Below, one piece after another: positions 58,146 through 64,000 of a stretch of DNA of 64,000 nt. Positions within the stretch are counted from its first letter, which is position 1, and each line of letters begins with the position of its first letter. Made by a program: the position numbers and the translations under genes. Origin of the DNA: Octopus sinensis (taxonomy: Eukaryota); assembly GCF_006345805.1 (NCBI RefSeq), contig NW_021834286.1, forward strand, positions 1 to 64,000, in the 5' to 3' direction. The notes below the pieces were generated by a model. The model worked only from the letters and a program-made list of their open reading frames with translations. It made no database searches and was not told the DNA's origin.

Positions 58146-58722
58146 TATATCTATATATATATATATACATATAATATGTATATATATATACACACACACA
58201 CATATATATTATATATATATTTATTCATCTCTTCATATATCTCTGCTTTTATATATGCAAGTATAGATTTATAAGTGTGTATACTTATCTATATATGTAT
58301 GTATGTATGTAGGTACGTAATTTTATTCATGCATCGACACATATCACATACATGTACATGTATAGTTATGTAGCCACAAGAAAGACCTGCCGAATATGTG
58401 ATAGGCAATCTTATATATCATAGATAAAAGCATATATATTAAACATAACACGTGTGAGTTATGTATAGCGAGAGGCGGACTCTAGTTACAAAATGGCTTG
58501 TTGCATAAATCTATGCATATTATGTAAATTACAAACAGGTTATATATAGCGGCCGGTTTGGTAATGTATTATCACATGCATCGATGCTACGACACACATA
58601 CACACACACACACAAACACGCACGTGCTAGCGAATCAGAATTGCTCACACGCGCGCAGACACACACACATTCACACATATATGTATATATACACATACAT
58701 AATCACACACACACATATGTAT
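55522..58722 (+). repeat. direct tandem duplication, period about 1.63 kb
   Basis: gttagcatttcgtaatatatatcaac at 55532 and 57161; unique segments nearly identical, differences mostly in microsatellite lengths. Confidence 0.96.
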
Positions 58723-58829
58723 TACATATGTGTGCGTATCTGTGTGTGTGTTTGCATGTGTATGCTTATATAAAATATGCATATATATATATATATATTA
58801 TATATATATATATATATAATATATATATA

Positions 58830-58866
<37 letters not shown>

Positions 58867-58964
58867 ATATATATATATATACATACATACATACATACAT
58901 ACATACATACATACATACATACATACATACATACATAAATATATATATATATATATATATATTC

Positions 58965-58995
<31 letters not shown>

Positions 58996-59177
58996 TTGTG
59001 CGTGTGTGTGTGTATGTGTGTCTGTGTGTGTGTGTGAGTGTGTGTGTGTGTGGTAAATGCATATACATATAAATAGAAATTTATAAAAGCTGAAAGCGAT
59101 ATATTTATGAATAAAATTTGAATATTACATATCTTTGATTACGTGTTATATTTTGTGTGTGTTTGTGTAATTTAGCA

Positions 59178-59210
<33 letters not shown>

Positions 59211-59911
59211 GTGTTTGAGAGAACGAATATTTCGTATGACAACTTAAAGGCATAGCAAAAAAAGACACAGGATTACCAAGTACCTTTCGAGTGTATCGAA
59301 ATCCGGATCGAGGGGTTGCGTAACTACACGCATAAACACACATTAACATTTAATATCATATTCCATGTCAATTTGTGTGTGTGGTATAAAGTGTGTGTGT
59401 ACATATATATATATATATATATACGTGTGTGTGTGCGTTTGTGAGTGTCTGTGTGTGTGATTGTACGAGAATTACCCAATGCAGGTATATCATAATGTGT
59501 ATGCGTCAGATTCACAATTTACACTCGTTGCATAGGTAACTTCATATATTTGTCTCATTCTCCAATTCCATTCTTATATTTTTTAACCCTAGGGCTAAAA
59601 TGGATCTCTTCATTTTTTTTCTGCTTTTTACCTCGTATTCTATGAAAAAGAGTGTACGACTCCCTGCCTGGAACTATCAATTAAATTATGAGGCTAATGA
59701 CATACATACATATACACACTTAGACACATAACAAAACACACATAGCAAAATCTATAATTTCACACACACACACACATACACATATATATATATATATATA
59801 TACACATATGTATATATACATATATATATATATATGTAGATGTATATCGACATACTTATATATATGTACACACATACACATACTTACACACACAAACACG
59901 CACACATACAT

Positions 59912-59956
<45 letters not shown>

Positions 59957-60339
59957 TATGAATGTATTTTTGCATACATAGATATATATCCATTTGCGTA
60001 TACTTGTGTAGTATGAATACGTTTCTACTTAAGGGACTGATGATTTTTTCTATCACCCAATGCATTGCCCAAGTATGGTCGCAGTCGAGGCATTTAAGAA
60101 CAACTCAATGGCATAAAAATTATCGGGTATTTTACAAAAATATACGATAGGATAGCAAGCAAATAGGTATTGAGATATTGTTTGAATAGACGAAGATATG
60201 ACTTTCAAATATATATGTACTATAACGGCAGAATATTCAATATATACGTACAATTAACCCCCAGCCCTATAGAGATATATATGCATATATATTTGCACGA
60301 AGCCATGCGCTAGTAAGTGCAGAGATGAATATATATTTA

Positions 60340-60385
<46 letters not shown>

Positions 60386-60845
60386 TACTTATAATTATAT
60401 ATATGCATATATACATGAATATATATACATATTTATAGTTATATATATCCAAATGTATACATATATAAATATATATATAAACACATAAATATGTACATGG
60501 ACATATGCACATATATGAATGTATATGTATACAAATATATATATTTATATACACATGTATATATATTCAGTAACACGTATAGTTTTTGTGTACATGCTAT
60601 ATTTGTGGATATATGTCTATATATATAGTTATATACACAAGTCCTTCTCTTACTCACTCTCTCTATCTCAATATATATATATATGGGTGTATATATATAT
60701 ATGTATGTGTATATATATATATGTGTGTGTGTGCGTATATATCTAGATGTATATATACCTCTGAAAATAATATATACATGTACGTATGGAGTATATACAC
60801 ACAACACACGCGCAAACATATATACATATATATATATATATATAT

Positions 60846-60880
<35 letters not shown>

Positions 60881-60914
60881 GTATGTATATAATATATATC
60901 CTACATATATATAC

Positions 60915-60975
<61 letters not shown>

Positions 60976-61382
60976 GATATATAATATATATAATATATAC
61001 ATATATACATATGTATATGTAAAATCTATCTATATTATAAATGTATAATCTTTACATGAGTGGTGTTGAAATATTTTCGCGCAGGTGTATTCTCAATAAT
61101 GAAAATATCAATTATCTTTATAACCGATACCTCACAGGATCGCACACATGTAGATTTCAATTATAATTGCGAATATGCATTTATAAATACGTGGATGCAG
61201 AATTACATACATATATATATATAATTATAACTATGTCCCTAAGAATGTGTATATATGCATAAGTACAGCAACATGAATATAGAGAGAGGTGCAATTGTAT
61301 GTGTAAAATAACACAGATATAGAGAAAGGCTTATTCATGCATGTATCTACGGCAGTATTTATACATATAAATTATATATATA

Positions 61383-61437
<55 letters not shown>

Positions 61438-61810
61438 GTATGTATACAAACACACGCCCAGGCATGCACATACAAAACAACAATACATACTCAAACATGG
61501 TGAGTAAAATATATATATATTTATACATAATTATGTATGAATATATGTAGGTATGTATATATTTACGTAATTAGGCATGTTTGGGCGTGTGCCTGTGGGT
61601 GTGTATGCATATATATGTATATGTGTTCGTGTGTGTATTCTATACATACATGTATACAGTCATATAAATGAATATGTACATAATTACGTACGATTAATTT
61701 AATATATATACGTATATATACACTTAGCATTATACATATACATACATATGCATATGCATACGTATGTGTATATATTTAATATATATACATGTGTATATGT
61801 ATATATATAT

Positions 61811-61850
<40 letters not shown>

Positions 61851-61861
61851 CTTATATTTAT

Positions 61862-61907
<46 letters not shown>

Positions 61908-61914
61908 TTATATT

Positions 61915-61947
<33 letters not shown>

Positions 61948-62260
61948 TATATATGATACGGTGTTACTCGTGAGAAGTCCTCCCTTTTTTAGTGTGTCTA
62001 CATGTGTGAATGCATGAGTTTCACTGCCCCTGTATGGGGCCTGTGGTGTCTTGCAGATACATCAGTTCTTATATGCTGAAATTCTAATTAGAATTGTCAC
62101 AAGGAATAAAAGGGTGAAATGCGAAATGGAAATTGACTGACAATTGATGGCATATATGATGAGTTCAGAGGATCATTAGAATTTTTTATAATATTCCGAT
62201 ATATACATCTGCACATAGTACATGTATGTATATTATATATATATTATATAATATATATAT

Positions 62261-62336
<76 letters not shown>

Positions 62337-62492
62337 CATGTATACGTATATATGTATATGTGTGTGTGGATGTGTGTGTATGTATATAGAAATATATATA
62401 TGGATGCTATATATTATATATATATGTATATATATACATTATATATATATAATAATATAATATATATATCTATAATATATATATATATATGT

Positions 62493-62523
<31 letters not shown>

Positions 62524-62799
62524 GTCCATACATTGTTTGTATATTCTATCCATTTATCTATCCTCATCTATGTGTATGCGTGTGTGCATATATACATGTG
62601 TGTGCTTGTTTGAGTGTATGTGTTGGGGGTAGTGTGTGTGTGATTGAAACAAGTATGTAGCATGCGCGCTTGAATGCATGTCTAAATGTGTGCAAAATGT
62701 CTTAGAATAACGTGAAATCTCACCAACATTGAAAGAAAGAAATTTTACAATGTCACATATACGTATACACACTCTATAAAGATACATGCCTTAGCTAGA

Positions 62800-62815
62800 T
62801 AAATAGATAGATAGG

Positions 62816-62864
<49 letters not shown>

Positions 62865-63064
62865 TGATAGATAGATAGATAGATAGATAGACAGACAGAT
62901 AGACAGACAGATAGATAGAATAGATAGATAGATAGATACATACATATATATATATATATATAATATATTAATAATATATATATATATATATAGATAGATA
63001 GATAGATTGGTAGGCACGTAGATAGATATGTTTGTAGGTACATAGAAAGATAGATAGGTAGATA

Positions 63065-63109
<45 letters not shown>

Positions 63110-63145
63110 CAGACAGAGAGACAGACGACAGACAGACAGACAGAC

Positions 63146-63208
<63 letters not shown>
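62800..63208 (+). repeat. compound (GATA)n/(GACA)n/(TA)n microsatellite
   Basis: Read directly; similar GATA/CTAT tracts occur at 11258, 23548, 28475, 35835 and 58025. Confidence 0.97.
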
Positions 63209-63670
63209 CACGGTGGAATATTTTGCATACACAATCTCACAAGCAGACAGGGAATCAACGGTACATTAGAACAAACATTTTCGTACAAAGGCATGCTTAC
63301 TTCGACCGAATGCTAAACTTAACATGGACAGCTGCATGCATTCAGACAACTCAGAAATAATCTACACATTCTTTATATCTTTTCTTTCTTTTTCTCCTTT
63401 TTTTTTATATATTTTGGATCTTCTTTTTATTCATCTATTTTTTTTTTTTACTCTTTTTGTTTGTATCTGCCTCTCTGCTTTGAATTGTTCTTGTTCGTTG
63501 ATTTTTGTTTGGTTGATGTTGTTGTGATATAATTGTCGTACTTTTTTTATATTTGGTGTTTCTTGAATTTCTGTATTTAGCTTTTTATTGTTTTTATGTT
63601 TTTTTTACGTGTTTTTGCTTTTGTTTGTTCTTAGTTCTCACCACACACACACAGATATATATGTATATAT

Positions 63671-63732
<62 letters not shown>

Positions 63733-63931
63733 ACACAGATGTGTATGTGGTTGGCATCATTCTGCATGCAGTGGTTTGAAGAGGAGATAAGATCAATATA
63801 AAGGAGACATGGACAGCCTATCCACTAGTGGGGACGTATGTGTCATGGAAGATGTCGAGTCGGAGGCTTCGTTCCGAGTGAGAGACGGAGAAAGAGAGGA
63901 TTGTACATTTGTGTATATATGTATGCACTCA

Positions 63932-63966
<35 letters not shown>

Positions 63967-64000
63967 TATATATTACGTATATGTATATACATATATCTTT

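Noticed and set aside
59281-59315. GAAA-TCCGGA-TC palindrome resembling HHR stem III
   Set aside because: Upstream core (CTTTCGA), stem II and stem I are too poor

Overview
AT-rich eukaryotic DNA saturated with microsatellites. No intact protein-coding gene is supportable, and nearly all ORFs in the supplied track are translations of simple repeats. The repeat landscape is most consistent with a coleoid cephalopod (Octopus-like) intronic or intergenic region; this is an inference. The window holds (i) three tRNA-headed SINE families; (ii) a hub of R4/Dong-type restriction-like-endonuclease LINE 3' fragments plus a non-coding partner element, all inserted with fixed polarity in (TAA)n arrays (13.7-18 kb, 47.2-48.4 kb); (iii) decayed Tc1/mariner, hAT, RTE and Gypsy remnants; (iv) two near-identical tandem duplications (661 bp and about 1.63 kb). 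The most interesting signal is nine minimal type-I hammerhead ribozyme (HHR) motifs with palindromic stem III, of the kind found in Penelope-like pseudo-LTRs; most abut (TA)n. One lies in a TSD-flanked composite of a tRNA-derived Pol III head, (TAA)n and an HHR tail, preceded by an inverted HHR arm, suggesting a Penelope-mobilised, ribozyme-bearing SINE. Also seen are a candidate 3-nt microexon (cag|GCT|gtgagt at 36832-36834) and a 231-codon Asp-rich, His-tailed open frame missed by the ORF track. All calls were made by eye, and boundaries of decayed elements are approximate.
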